64,000 nucleotides of DNA. Origin: Amphiscolops sp. MND2022. Lineage: Eukaryota. Location of the stretch: positions 41,418,001-41,482,000 of the forward strand of contig OZ076413.1 in NCBI GenBank assembly GCA_964187785.1, written 5' to 3'. Below the pieces are notes generated by a model that did not search any database, was not told the DNA's origin, and saw nothing but the letters and a program-made list of their open reading frames with translations. Within the stretch, counting starts at the first letter, position 1, and every line of letters begins with the position of its first letter. The position numbers and the translations under genes are program-made. Positions 36,701 to 51,544 of the stretch are shown here, piece after piece.

Positions 36701-39700
36701 TCTGTTCAAACAGAAGTATGACTGTTCGTAGCTCTTTTCAAATATTGTTTTTAAAGCCGAATACATTTTTTCTCTTGGCTACACAATTGAGCTACGATTG
36801 AAGAACTTGCTCACACTCCAGCAGTTATGGATTGAGAGCACATGATTCCACACCAAAACAAGTTTCTTCAGACAAAAGTTTATCAGGTGGTTTTGCTCAA
36901 TAAATTTTTGGGTCTCTTTTTCCAATGAAAGATGCACAAAACTTTGGAGAAGACCAGAAAACGTTCATTTTTGACATTCACGTTCATTTAGGAACGTTTT
37001 GTCAAAAAAGTCAATTTTCTCCTAAAAGTTTGCTTGGTAGCCAAGTTTTCCGGAATTCGGCTGATATTCATGGCCACGAACGTTCGCAATGTTTAGAAAA
37101 CGTTGCAAGAAAATTGAAAAGTAAAATTAATCATTTAACCCTAAACAGTATGCTCAGTTGTGAAACTTTTGTGGTCTTTCATACGCAAAGGTTATACAAC
37201 AACAGCATAAAACTATCAGAGAAGTGGAAATTTTTTGACATTTTTTAGGATTCAAAAACAAACGAAAAATCTTCTTTGGTGACCTAAAGAGGTGATTGTT
37301 TTGTTTACATACACATGAAAATGTCCAAAAATGAACAAAAGTTGCACTGTCAACATCAGAGAAAATTTACAGTTTGGGTCATTTTTGTCATATATCGAAC
37401 AAATGCTTCACGTTTTCCAAAAAGCGTCCTAGATCTTTTATTCAATCGTCGTTGAGATTGAGAAATGCTCTGATGTTCTATCCCACGATAATATTATATG
37501 TTCTAACCCTCTGTAAGTTGTAACGCTCAAAAAAGTTTTATTATAGTCACCAAAAAAACGTCGAATAGAACCTACCACCAGAGTAAATCAAGCGTACCAG
37601 AAAAAGACGGAAAACTGGACTTGTTGACTATTATGGGCATTTTTACGTAGGCTCTGTTTCCAAAAGTTCGTTCGAGTAGCTCGACAACCACAACCACATC
37701 TGCTACGAACCTATTTTTATTGTAGTTGAGTTCTGTGGAAAAACCTCTCCAATTTGGGTATAAAGGTGGAACATGGCAAAAAGAGAGCAAAAATGCGGCT
37801 CAGCTAGTAATTCTTTTTCTAGACAGAAAATGGTGGGGTGGAAAGTTTTCAAAACGTTTTTTTCTAGCCTTTACATTTTCATCGGAGTGCATGTTGATCT
37901 GTGACGCGTTTTTCATTAGATTCATTTCTGCAGGGAGTGCGAAGGAGAACGTTCAAAAGAGTATCTTTTTTAAAGATAATCAGAAACAATCTATTTCTAT
38001 AGCTGTTTCGTCGTTGAACCACCCAGCTACTAAAAACCCTGCTTCTCAAATAAGATTTATATCCACAACGTCTTGACTGCTGGATGTTCAAATACACTCA
38101 TTCATATTTCCTTCAAACTAGGTTGAGGCTTTGTCTATTCCCAATGTTCTCTTCGAAATCCATAACAATGAAAAAATTCTTCCAATAAGTAAGGTAAGAA
38201 CTTGAGTGCGTTCCAACATAACAATGCTATAGGAATTCTTCTTCTTAGCTTATTCACAAAAACGTGATATCTCCAGAGAACGGGAGTTTGCATTCTTCTG
38301 TGAGCTTGCTTCATTAAGGAGACGCCAAGATCGGAAAAAATGTCAATTATCAAGCTTATTTTAAACTAAAATGTAACAGGAAGGTAACTCAACCCCTACG
38401 TCATGAGAAAATTTGAAGAGAAAACTACAAAGAGCGTATTCGTCCATTCAGTTTCTTGAAGTCAAGTCACCAATTTCTTGGATGATTGACTGAAAGGAGA
38501 ATTTTTGACCACAGTTTATAGGGTGAATTTATTCGCTTTCTCAATAATTAAATTTAAAAAATTAAGGTTGGTCAACAATTGATGTAACTTTACACTAGCA
38601 AAATACCTTCAACAAAAATCACTTTGGCTGAAAGGTTATCGGAATCAAGCTATGACTAATACTAGAATCCTATGAGCGTTGAATACCACAAAGCAATGGT
38701 AAGTAATTTTTTGATTCCCAAAATCTGTTCTTAGCAGGAAAGAAAACAAAAATTCGCCCAATAAACTCTTTCCAGCGCTTTCAAGATGTGGGTTGTTTTC
38801 TGTCGGCGCCATACTGTACTTCATAAGAAATTAACCTGTACGAAATCAATAGATGTTTGGCGCCTAACACGGAAATAATTTGATCGGATATTGGGTTAAG
38901 ATTTTTTTCAAGAATGTCTTTCAATATTGCCCTATAATTAATGTGACTTTCTTTATCTAAAATGCAGATTAATCGATTCCGAACTTCTTTACACAAAGAC
39001 CAAATTTTATTTCTTTGAAAGTGACTGCTGTTCAGTTTGTATGTAAAGAAGAGAGTTCAACGTGAAAGTCAGAAAAAGGCCAGCGGGTTTTATTGTGCAT
39101 CGAATTCGAAAGAATTAACACTCCGATTTCTTGCGTTATCTGAAGGGAATTATTTTTAAATCTCTGTTGTCGAGAACGCATTTTTCAAGATAATTAGAGG
39201 ATAATTGATACGTTCATTCGTTTAAAAATGTACTAACTGGTGAAAATGTGAACAGTGATGACAAGTAAATCCACTTCAAAAACGTCAGATTTCTCTTCCA
39301 TTCAGTCCGTTCTATTGAAAAATGCTGATTAAAACTTCAGAAAAAAACGAGGTCTGTAAAGAGTCGTTTTACCAACAAAAAAAATAATCACCCAAAAGTG
39401 CTTGCAAAAAATTGTCTGCAAATATATACCACATGACATCAAAAACCCTGCGATCAGGGAATTCACGTGGAAAAGCTCTTAGATTCATGAATAGCCAATG
39501 CGACTATTGCAACAATTAACAATAGCCTCCCCCGCCCGCTGTCAAAACAAGAGTCGCATCTGTAACTTTCATTATAAAACTGTCTAAATGCCCATAAAAG
39601 GAGATTTCCACTTGTTCAACCACAGACTCCTTCGGGATGCAAATTCTAAGTCTGCTTAGTTGATGTAGAGACTGGTATGCAAATGAGATATTTTATAAAT

Positions 39701-41579
39701 TTGTTATCTAAACACTCCCTATAAAACTTCCTCGGGCAAGACTACGTGCGCGTCTAAAAGCACAGAAACCAGGTATGTTAGGCGATGCAATGGAATCAAT
39801 CGATTTTCATGCTTCATTTTATTGAGCTTCATCAAAGTCAAATTTCAAAGGAAATCCAATCAATTTCTTTATTTTTTGATAGTTTCAAATGAGTTATAAT
39901 TAGTTTGTCTTGTATGATATCTCGTATATTAATTTTCTCGCTAAAAGATGTGCTTGAAGTTTCTAAGACTAAAAGAAAAAGCCGAAGTCGAAAATTTGCT
40001 CTATAACAGCAGACTTTGAATGCAGTGGAAGGATTTTTTATATTTAAAAAAATCTCCAACTCTTACATCACCGAAAACTCAGAGAAACAAAAAAAACTTT
40101 TCAAACGCCACTAGACCAAAAATATTCGACAAAATTTTTGGTTCAAATTTTTGTTTTCAATCCTGAATAATCGAACCGTTTAGCTGTGGTCAATGAGCGT
40201 TACGATTGTTGACTTCCAACAAAAAAATGATAATAGTCCCCGGGTTCTCTTCTGGTGACCTGATTGATTAGTTTTAATTTTAAATCATTGTACTCGAAGT
40301 CATTTGTTCGTTCTGTAAAATATTTTTTCTTTTGACATTCTTGATATTAACACTCTGAATAGTTTTCAAAATTGAACGGTAATGTGAAAATATGCAAGAT
40401 TTTGGTAAGAGCTTAGCACTTTTCCACCGATGAGGTCACCCTAAAGTACTTGACGCCTTGCACCACAAGTTTTCATGCATTTTCGAAAATCATTTATTGG
40501 AAAGAATTAGTTTTTATTCTTTTCCACAGAGTTTAACCAAGGAGGATTAAATTTCGTAGCTTATGTATTTGTAAGGAACAATTCTAAATTGTGTCTCTTC
40601 GATGGTTTTTCCCTTGAAAATGCAGAACTCAACAAAAAGTAATGTGCTCCTTGTTATAATTTGTTCTGAAGAAATTTGGAGTTTATCATTCCAAAAAGTG
40701 GCTAAAGTGTGCCAACAAAATCACAAATTTCAAATTTTGGGTTTTGCGCACGAGTTTGGAAAGTTTTCAAATAGTTTAATCCAAACTTTAAAATATTCCA
40801 ACTTGAAAAAGATCCTCATGCTCAGCGGTCGTGTTGTTTTATGAAGCGGTTGCCAAAAAATAATTCAATGAGATTTATGCCATCTTGAACTGAGAAGCTC
40901 AAAACAATTCCCTTGGTCAGAACTTAACACAAAATATTCTCCTTGTATTCAGTTTCGTTCGTTCATGTGTATGAAAATTGTTTTTTGGTTTTAATCGAAA
41001 ACATTTGATACCTGCTCATCGAATTAATTTAAATCATCGATTGTAAAACTTCCACAATTTTAGTGCCCAGGTTGACCCTCGCGGCACCATCACACCTATA
41101 GTAGTAAGATCGTAGCAAAATCGTATTAATCATGCATCTCGAACAGTACATAGTGTACTACGAAACGCATATCTTTTAAGATTTCTCTTAAAGTGATTAT
41201 GAAAGCGTGGCAATTGTTTCATAAATTATTGCTTTTTATAAACTTTTAATGCACCTTCTTTTTCTGCTAGAGCATTTCACTTAGTTTGATAGATATTTAA
41301 TGAACAAATAGATATCATATGAACAAAATAGGTAAACTCGTCTGCAGTTTTGATTGAAAGTTTGGTACATGAGAATACCACTCGGTCGATTGCATTGAGT
41401 TAGCACAATGGGCATACTCTGAAAGCTTCAAAGGTTTTGATCTGTGGGCTTGTTTTCTCGGTGTGAAAACCATTTACTTTAGTTGATTGGTTCAATCATA
41501 CTACTACTTTGGAATGGAGTGGTCTATTTAGTGCTCGAAATCGCAGGAAATTTTTTACGGAGTTGCTGGCATGTGTTGC

Positions 41580-42622
41580 GGACACTGTATACGAATTCTG
41601 ACCTCGAAAATGCTTGCACCGGAAGTTCATTAACAATGTTCGCCACATTCGAAGACATAACAGTTATTGAAGCAGGTCGTAGAACTGATTCTCTTATCCG
41701 CGAAGATGTGAGAGTAATGACCCAGTGGTTCGATGCTATCAGATTGACAATCAATGTCGATAAATGTGAAGCTATTCGTTTTCGAAGGGGCATACCCGAT
41801 GAAGTTCATATCAAAAAACCAGTTACATTACAAACCCTGTTGTAAATATTTAGGTGTTTACATTGAACCAACGCTGACCTTCACAGACCATATAGACCAT
41901 GTTGTAAAAAACTAAATAAATTCTGCGATTTAAATTGACACGTAAGGCAACTGTACCTCAAAAATTGTTTGTAAATGTTTTATAACGCGTATGCTAACTC
42001 GATCATAACATATGGCTTACTAATTTACGGAGCTGCGGCCAAAACTAATCTATCAAAGATTGAGACTGTGCAAAAAAGTATTCTACGAGCTTTTTTCTCA
42101 GGAAACGACAAAATTTTCTGCAAGAAAAATCTGCGGCGAACAAAATTAAAACTGTTTACGAGCTATTTTTAAACGAAGTGGTTTCTAATACCTGAAATTT
42201 TTAAAGAAATGAGATCTGTTTCCCCACTGAAACTCCCAGATTTTGAGAACTTGTCCAAAGCTAACACAACAACCAGATGGAACTCGAAAGGAGTTTTCGC
42301 TCCAATTTTGACTCGACCTGTAGTCAAGAAAAAATGCCTAGCAAAGTCTTAAAAGAAGACCTAATATTGGTTGACTGCATTGAACCTCATAAAGCCTATC
42401 ATGAAAAATATGAGCCAGAAAAAACTGAAGAAAAACATATAAAACTTCTAAACAACCTATACATCACTGACAACAAAAAACTCTTTAGTCTGTATTTTTG
42501 TGCCCGAAAAACATTTAATCCAACAAGATAGCGTGCAAGTTGGTGCCCTAAATGCAAAAAGGGCACTAGCTCGAAGAGCAATTATGCTCGTCTTGTGTCC
42601 TATTATGCTCGTCTTGTGTCCT
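41580..42622 (+). pseudogene. 5'-truncated degenerate CR1-like LINE (RT C-terminal half and 3' end)
   Basis: SLTMFA..DITVI..QWFDAIRLTINVDKCEAI, CKYLGVYIEPTLTFTDHIDHVVKK, FYNAYANSIITYGLLIYG..NLSKIETVQKSILR across frameshifts; ends in a duplicated ATTATGCTCGTCTTGTGTCCT. Confidence 0.85.
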
Positions 42623-44768
42623 AACTGGGTTTTTTCTGAATGATAGATAATATGTGTATTATTTGTCTCATGCTATCCAGTTATATCAACTTCTATATTT
42701 TCTTGTTTAGTATGCGGTCCGTGGTACAGTGTGTCATACCATTTGCGTTTGGTAGCACAATGTCAAACAATATTGCGTTTTTTTACTACGACACTACGGC
42801 ACAATCAAACTACGACACGCTTAGAGGGTCAATCAATGTTTGAAACTGTTTATTTGCCATTCAAAGAGCATGATAACTATGTTGATACAATGATATATTA
42901 GATTACCTAAAAGCAATGGACTGTCGATTTGGCTATCGAAAATAATCAAAGTGCAAAATCTATTTATATATATTCATTTTACAAAAAAGACAGGTGCAAA
43001 AGTTTTTAATTGGCAATAGATCTCCACGGATAATTTATGATTTAAAGTCGCATCGAAATTTAAAAAATTCTTTCACATTGTATTTCGAGGAATTTTGTTT
43101 TCAAAGTTTACTAGACAATATCTCAGAAAATACTTGTCAAAAGAAAAACCTCCTTGGATAATTCTTGCAGCCATGAACCTATTCTTCAACCTTCATATTC
43201 GAAAATTGTTCTGAAAATCTTTTCATGAAAATTAAACAGCCTAAGGACTTGTGATTTCGTTGAATTGACGATTTAGAAATTTGTGACAAGTTTCGATGTA
43301 AATTTTTAAGGAGAGCGTTTTCAGGAAAAGTGGTACGTTGAAAAGTTAGAGATCTGAAGGTAAAAAGTTAGTCTCAAACATATTTTGTTGAAACCAGCGT
43401 TTCTCGAGATATTGCATTATAAAAACAGTTTGACTATTTTCAAGCTGAGACTCGGAAATGGAACTGAACAAATGAATATAAAAACTTTTAGCTTAAGCAT
43501 TTCATGCTTAAGATCAATCTCAGAAATTTGATTTTAATTTCATGTCTACAGAGCTGTTTAGTACACTAGTGTATATATTTTCCGTTTTTCAATGCAAATA
43601 AGTTGTTCAACTGTCCATATTCTTTTTAATGAATACTTTCTAAAGCCCCTCCCGAGTCCAAATACTCATGTAATACTCTGTTTTCATAAATATAGCATTA
43701 AAAACTTCAACAAGAGATTAGTATATTTGTTGCGAAGTACTTGTAGGTCGCGTAGACGACATTAGATCAGCCGGGCGACCCAAAATCTGTGAAGGGCTTC
43801 GGTCATGTAGGTTTTGAGGACGTAAATATGGGCACGCATATAGCATCATTGCTAGACACACTTTACATGTAACAGACTCTTTGTAAAATCCAATAAATTT
43901 GAAGTTGAGAAACTAGAGTCGATCTTATAATTTGCTATTGTTAGTGTTGAATCGACTTGATAAGTAACAAGCCGACAGTCGAAATTGGGACAAGTTTTCC
44001 ACCGTGCCAATTGTTTTTCAAGCATTTTCGAGGAATAATCTTTATGCCGTTGCATTTGAATTCACGTGTGAATTGTTTATTCTATTCACATACAATTCAA
44101 CATTTAAAAGAAGAGCTACAACAAGAGTGTGAAGACATGAAACGCTTGCTCAGATCATGTTTTATCTAGTTGAATCATAGTAAAGCATGGAACTCTCGCC
44201 GATCATATGGCAAACCATTGAACATCGAATAGCAAGATCGTGACGTTTCTGTAGTGAAACGTGTTTTGTAGCATTTCTTTTTTCTTTGAAACTTTTCAAG
44301 CTCGATAGCGTTCCTATTACTTTCAGTCATACCATTAATGGATCATAAAAAGGGTCAATAACTAGAATCTCTCGGTTTTTTTGTTTTTTAGAAAAACGGC
44401 AGAGTTAGTCATCTTCAATGAACTCGTTCAGACAATGCAAGCATTTGACCTGTAATTACTTCCACCTTTTTCTCGTACTGAGACAAAAAGCATTCCGTCA
44501 ATGACCCAGGGATTATCCAGGGATGGAAGTGAAATAACAGCTGTTTTTTTTGAAGCCATTGACGGCTACGGATGGTCCATCCCTGTTTATTGATGAAATT
44601 GTAGAATCTTATTATCGATCAAAAGTTTCTTTTGATTGATCGATATCGCCTGAACTCGGATTTCACTACTTCGGCTACGGAAATTTAAAAATTGTGTTTA
44701 GAAAGTAAAGGCAAATTTGGCTGTTTTGGTCAAATAGTGTCCCAAAATTGTCATGTCTATAGACGCTA

Positions 44769-45319
44769 AAATGTTCAAGAACCTGTTCTGTTTCAGAATC
44801 TCCAAGCGTGGTGGTTTTCTGGCTTCGTCATCCATCGTTCCTTTCGGAGTGCTTCAAACGTGGCCGCAGTTCTAGCTGATGTTTCGAACAACTGAGAGGT
44901 ACAAACGTGTCTTTCGGATCTCTGGCTTCGATGTCCGGGAACTTTTGATGTAAATCGTTGCGTTTTTTGCTTTTTACGTAAGGTTTTTGGAGCTCGTTGT
45001 GAGCGCATTTCTAAAACTCCTCAAAAACATTGTTTTCTGGAAAATTCGAAGATGTTTTTCGTGGTGTTGAAACATTTTTTTTCGCTTTCTTGATTGCAAC
45101 ATTGAGCAGAAAAATATCGAGCTGAAGTTTCACATACCATCTTGGAGCGATGCCTTTGAAATGTTTAAGAACTTTGCTTTTGTCCTGTTTTGTAAAATAA
45201 GATCAAATGTTCAAGAACCTGTTCTGTTTCAGAAACTCTCTCGTGGTAATTTTCTGGCTTCGTCATCCATCGTTCCTTTCGGAGTGCTTCAAAATAGCCG
45301 CAGTTCTAGTTGATGTTTC
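44769..45319. repeat. ~115-bp diverged direct repeat (44769-44885 and 45205-45319)
   Basis: AAATGTTCAAGAACCTGTTCTGTTTCAGAA...CTGGCTTCGTCATCCATCGTTCCTTTCGGAGTGCTTCAAA is shared. Confidence 0.85.
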
Positions 45320-46105
45320 AGGCGGTTTTTCAGATCTCAAGCTACGAGCGGATGAATTCACAAAAACTTTATTGGAGACTCGTGATTTGTTTTGCGTTTG
45401 TTTGTCTGAATTAATTTATTTTGTTTCCTTTTAATATATTTCTTTCCGTTGAAGTGATTTTTGATAAAGTACAGTAGGTTTTCGAGATGAAGAGAAAGCG
45501 TTTGAAAAAGTTTTCTAGGTTCTTTGGAGGTCTGGGGTCGCTCGTTTTGCTGCTTCCTTTTTTTAAAAGAAATTCTGTAAAATGCTTGGAAGTTTTCAAA
45601 GTACATAGATATGCCTAAAGCATTTTAGAAAATGCTTGGAAGTTTTACAAAATTTCTCCATGCAGGGTCCCTGAATTTTCCATGTTTTATAAAAAAATTA
45701 GCCTGCATGCATGAATGCAGCATGGAAAACTTGCCGCAGATTCGACTATGGTAACTTTTCCCCTCAACTCCCACCTATTTCAATCTCATTCTCTGACTCA
45801 ATCTAGAAATTCACTTTAACGAGTTTTTCAACGAAGTTTTAGATTACATAGAAAAAAAACATTGCATCGAAATTCAGCAGAATACCACTTTATCGAAACT
45901 TCTGGAGCTTGCTGTTATTTAAAGTTGGAGTAAATGAATCGATCAATGAAGCTTTTTACTGAACTGTTTTTGTTTCATGAATCGAACTTCATTTACCTAT
46001 TTTTAGCGCTTTGTATTTAAAATTTTACAGAAAACACTATTTCAAGGCCTTCGATTTTTAGAAGGCAAATTGATATTTAGTGCCCCAAAATACGAAACCC
46101 TGTAG

Positions 46106-46523
46106 AAACCAGAGCCGCATATGCGTAAAGGAGTCGGCTTGGGTCTTTTTCCTTCTGACTAGCTTGAATCCCAGTCATACGAATTTATTGAAATTGTACA
46201 TATAGGACCATATTATGGTGTAGAAAATGACTGTAGAAAATTTCGTTCGAATCGTATGGACAGTTTTTGCGAAAATAAAAGTTGAAAAATGGCTGTTTTT
46301 GGCCATTTTTGGGCTAATTTTGGCTATGTTTCTCAGATTCCAGTCGTACGATTTTGATGCCTTTGCGCATGCAGGGGCCCCTTTGGGCGTAGAATGACTG
46401 TGCAAAATTTTATAAAAATCGTATAGACAGTTTTTGAGAGATTTGAAATTTTCGGGAGAAAAAAAACAAAAAAACGACACGATTGCATAAGTAGTCGAAA
46501 TTTTTTTTTCCGACTCCCAAAAA
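46106..46523 (-). mobile_element. DINE-1/Helentron-like non-autonomous element
   Basis: Subterminal inverted repeat GGAGTCGG (46130) / CCGACTCC (46510), terminal hairpin CGCATATGCG, A-run ends. Confidence 0.45.
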
Positions 46524-47392
46524 TTTGTTTTGAAAACGTTGGAGGCCAGCCTTTAGAGCAGTAGTGCTTTCTTGAATTTACATTGTTACCTAATGCTGCT
46601 CTTTCGGTAGCTCATAATTCTAAGTTTTTTTATAGATGCGAACCAAACTTCATACTGTTTTTCAAAGTTGCAACATGCACTGTTTAAAAATTTTTGGACA
46701 TGATTCAACTTGAGTCTCCAAGATTTTCGGACTCAGCCATGGACAAACGGTCAGAGAAAATCAAAACGCTAATTTGCAGTGCATCAGATTTTCATGCATG
46801 TCTACTTAAAACATAGCATGAAACCAAATTTTCTATCCGTTTTGACTGTCATGTCAGTTCACCATTTATACATGGAACTGACTTTGAACATTTGTCAAAT
46901 TCAGTATTTGGCCCATGCTGAGGTAAAATAATGGTATTTGTTTATGGAGACGCCATGATTAATGAAAGAACGAATAGCAGTGAATTGTGAAATTATTCGA
47001 TAATTCGAGGTATTTGCTCTAAAGCTACCTTTTCGATTAAAAGTCGACACATTTTCGCAATTGGTTTCTGACATTTTGTGTCTCTTGATTTAATTTTTGG
47101 GAAAATGCCCAAATTAGTACACTAAAGTCGTCTGTTTCTCATAAACTTTACTTAAGATACGTCTGATGTTCATGTAATTTGCCGCCGTAAAGTTTGATAT
47201 GGATTGACAGATCTAAATTTGACGAAGTTCAAACCTAAATTTGTTGTCAATTCGCCAAGTTATGAACAGAATGGTTATTTCTTGAAAGATTCGTATATAT
47301 TCAGACACGTGGTCGGTCAGGCACACTAAGATCTTAGTAAGTCTGTATAAATACTGTGAACCTCAAACCGTCTGAATAAAATAAACTTGCCC

Positions 47393-47450
47393 TAGTCAAA
47401 CTCCTCGCCATAGTCAAACTCCTCGAAAACAGTCAAACTCCTCGCCATAG
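47393..47450. repeat. Three copies of AGTCAAACTCCTCG
   Basis: Read directly. Confidence 0.85.
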
Positions 47451-49737
47451 CAATTACAATTCAGATGGAAGCTTCATTTCTATTAAATTTTCATTGTTTA
47501 CAAATTGTTGCCCGTAAATTGAGAAAATTTAAATAACAGCTTCGATTTTTCAAAAAGCTATTAGACGTGAATGTATATCGCCTGACGTTTTGATTTCCAA
47601 TTATATTTTTAAATGGAATTTCTCATTTCTAAGTAAGCAACGTTGACTCTGAAGATAACGCGCGAAGTAAAAACTACCATTGAACTTCAACTTGCAAAGT
47701 TGATCACAAAAAATTCACACATGCTCAGTTAAATCGGAAATAGCAACTTCCGGTTGAAATTTACCGCTTGATCAATTATTCTTATTCAACTTTTCCCCGC
47801 TTCTTTTGAAAATCATACTCAATCGACTGACCTGTTAATTCCAACTGAAATGCATGTCTTGCATCAAGACCTATATAAGCCACGATAATTAAAGGCTGGG
47901 ATAGGAAATAGGTAATCAATAAAATATTTTTCCATCCAGTAAGAGGTGAATAACCGGATAGTGTTAATATCCCCATTTTTGGTGTAATGCTCGGCTGCTT
48001 TTGTAATTAATGGTACTTAAATTCTTCTGGTTTGGGAAACCCAGCTGGTAAATCGTTCCAGTGAAACGTCCAGAGTAAATGTTGGATCAGATAACAGGTC
48101 CAAATGTCCGGTGGTAATTGGTTTGTTTACTCAATTCCGGAGCGGAAGTTGTAGCAAGATCCGGACAATTGGAAATCGGCATTCGGAGTTTGTATTTTAG
48201 TTGAGTTCGCTTTGGAATTGATTTCGATCCAATCTCAAAATTGCCCAAATTTCAAACCCAAATGAATGATTCGCAAACTTAGGTTTCACCCTGTAAATAA
48301 TGTTTCTGAAATGTAAAACTTGCTATTTTATCTGGTTCATAGTTGTCCAAACAGAAATAATGTAGTAAACAAGCAATGAGGGTTTGAAATTGTACGATTT
48401 TTTTCTTCTCTCACATGAGCGATTGAGTGACTTCTAGTATATCAGAGTTTCGATTAGAAACTATCCTCCTTCTAAATTAAAATTTTTCAAGAAGTAGAAG
48501 CACCGTAATCTTCGTTTCACATGATTATTGCTTATCTAGTAAATGGTCATAGTGAGAAAAGGAGCAACCGCATGCTCGGATGCTTGGATTTTAGGAAATT
48601 TTTGGATATGGCTGCGTAATGTATTTAATGGTCTACATAATGCAACGAATGGGATAAACTGCAACTGATACCTTGGTAAATTAACTGACAAATTGAGACA
48701 TAATTAGCGCCATAAAATTAGGCAACGCGTCAATTTCAGTCCAGCTTAGGCAAGTCGAACTCGTACCCTGAAATAAATTGATGTTGACAATTTACATGTC
48801 AGTTACAACCGTTCGTTTCATCATGGCGGGATAAAGCCACGTCTAGTCATTTGATTTTATTTCCAGAGTTTCCGAATTTGCGAGATTCTAAACAAGCCAG
48901 TCATTTCGATTTTCTTCCAGTTCAATTTCGCTGTAACTTTTTTACCGCTTAGTCAAAATTCAAGATATTGTAGCTTATATTGTAACTCTTGCAGGAATCG
49001 AATTTTCCACCAATCAAATTGCAAGTCGTCCTTGCTGACCGAATTTGCTTCCCAGCTGGAATTTTATCGAAGGAAAGGAATCATTCGATTCAATAGTAAA
49101 AAATATTGATTATATTTTTCCAACTTTTTTTTCATGCGCTTTAAATGCATTTATTAACTCCAAGACAAAAACATTTTGCTACAATCCGAAGATGTTACGA
49201 ACATGAAAATTAACACAGAGACAACGTGAATGTTGTAAATATGCGCATTGAAATCTCGCCGAAGAATAAAACGTTTTTAAGATTTTGCTGTTTAGCCAGT
49301 TTATTTTCCACAAAAATCCAAATTGTTCAAATTTTCTCAATTAAAAAAAATCAAGAAAATAAATGTTGATGAAATCTCTGAACATAATACAAAAAGTTCA
49401 CTCCAGGAAACAAACAATGCCAAAACAATTATTTGATTTCCATCGGTTTAGTTGAGAGTAAAATCGCCAGACTATAACAGTCACTTTTCAATTTTTTTCC
49501 AACATTCAAGACATACACGAATGCGACAAAAAAGAGAATGCTGCCAAAATGCGATCTGTCATCATAGTGGCTACAGCGTTGGCTTCCAAAGTAGTAGAAC
49601 TGGGTTCCATTCCCCCCTATCATCCATATTGTAAAAATTTCAGTTAATGTATGAGATGTATTTTCGGTACTGTGCGAATACTTTAGAATTTTTTTTCATT
49701 TCCACGAAAACCTCCGATTGTAAAGTTCCGCATTTGA

Positions 49738-50135
49738 CATAGCGACAACTCATATCAAGCGACAACTCATTTCAAGTGACAACTCATGTCTATTTGAAAA
49801 AGCGTCGACTCATATCAAGTGATAACTCATATCAATTAGGAAAAAGCGACAGACAACTCATACCAACCTTGCCAAAAGGTTACAAATACCTGAATTTTAC
49901 TTCAAGAACAACTGCAAGTAACAATTTCCAAGTTAAATTGATTTTTACCATAAAATTTTGTTGCAATTTTATATTTTCTAATAATTAGTAATCAATTATC
50001 TAATGAATAAATTTCCTACACATATTTTAATTTCTGATATGAGTTATTGCTTGTTGTGAGTTGTCGCTTTTTAAAATTGATATGAGTTGTCGCCTGATAT
50101 GAGTTGTCGCTTGATATGAGTTGTCGCCGCACGCC
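49738..50135. mobile_element. Small foldback-type element with modular inverted arms (17-bp GCGACAACTCATATCAA units)
   Basis: Direct units at 49742-49865 and inverted units at 50036-50127. Confidence 0.75.
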
Positions 50136-50268
50136 GCACCTAATATGGTTACTTCTTTTTTTTACGAAAAAAGAAGGTATGGTACAAGAAGAAGATCGTC
50201 ACCAACTAAAGCGAATGGATTTTTATAAAACGAAAAAAAAACATTAAGTGGTTCAAGCACCGCGACAC

Positions 50269-50744
50269 ATTTTTTAGTCGGCGCCTTTTCCCTTAAAGAA
50301 AAAAGCTCGACTATTACAGTGGGTAGTTTTTTCCAGCTTACAATCTCACTCTGAATGGTCCACTTTTCTTACAATTCTTACAATCTTAAAATTTTTTACA
50401 ATTCTTACTTACATTACGAAGTAGTATTTTTACATCATCTAAGAAACTCAACGGGCCAAAGGGTACTCCCTTAGAGTATTCTTGGCTCTGTGAGACTTTT
50501 TTGCGAACAAAAATTGTTCACCAAAGGGTCTCCCCTTCAATTTTTTGATATTTTCCGACAGAATGGATGTTGAAAAACCCCCAAAGGGCCCCCATTCAGG
50601 TTTTTTGGCATTGTGAGACTTTTTCTCAATTTTTTTTCATTTCATAAAAGGGTCCCCAATTAACCAAAACTTTGACATTCTGAAGTCCTTTTGCTATTTT
50701 TGAGCTTTAGGTATTGCGCCGACTTGGGCCGTTCCCGGCTTGTT
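50269..50744 (+). mobile_element. DINE-1/Helentron-like non-autonomous element (family D)
   Basis: T-run plus AGTCGGCGC at the 5' end; GCGCCGACT, the hairpin GCCG-TTCC-CGGC and TTGTT at the 3' end; shares CGACTATTACAGTGG..GGTCCACTTTT with 54120-54778. Confidence 0.65.
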
Positions 50745-51544
50745 TGTAAATCCGTTTGTATTTTGTCTAATTGATACCCAAGAAAAGCGATTCTAACTTA
50801 CTTTGGAGCAACCTTGGCACGTAAAAAGCTCAGTAATGTTGCCACCACCATAGAACTCTGTATGCGTTTCAAATCATAAAAAACTCTTATATCGATTTCT
50901 CAGCAACGATTGCAGATATCACAAAGATTAGCTCCGATAAGACATGAACGTCTAAAATCGGCGCTTAATCTGTGGCTCAAAAAGCGAATTTTTTTAAAAT
51001 CTGCGTAAGACGTTTTCATTAACCTCCGCCTCCTCACTAAAATGCAATAAAGATCGGATATAACGTCAATATTCGGACATAGCGCTTTACTCCGGATTTT
51101 ACTAGGTGGGACTCTAAAGAAAACGTAGGGATGACCATTTGGAGACACAGCAATTTCGAAAGAAAACTTATAACAGCCTGAAAAAAAATGAAACCGGGGC
51201 CCTTTAGTCTCGCTTGGTTTAGTATGATGTGTTTAAAAAGTAAACAATGCAAATGGGAACCAGTGCATTAAATTCGATGCGTTTTCCCAGTCCTCAATTA
51301 GTTGAACAAATTGAACAAAAACCACTTCGCATTCGTTACTGTCTTAGAGACAAAAAACGAGTGAATGCAATAGTCGGTCTCTATTTTTATATAAAAGCGC
51401 CGACTCATCACGCTTTATGTACGTTTTGAGTATTACGTGTTGTATTTAAAAGTTCTAGAATTACCGCCAGATGAACTAGATGTTTTTGGTAAATGTGAAC
51501 AGAATTTGAAACAATTGACAATGTTGAATGTGAAAAATCACGCA

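Noticed and set aside
37572..38353. Possible decayed retroelement coding sequence (FSGTLDL)
   Set aside because: A single weak motif with no supporting ordered RT motifs.
49505..49610. Minus-strand AVATMMTDRILAAFSF resembling an nAChR M4 helix
   Set aside because: Weak match, needs a frameshift, has no clear acceptor, and lies upstream of the N-terminal exon.
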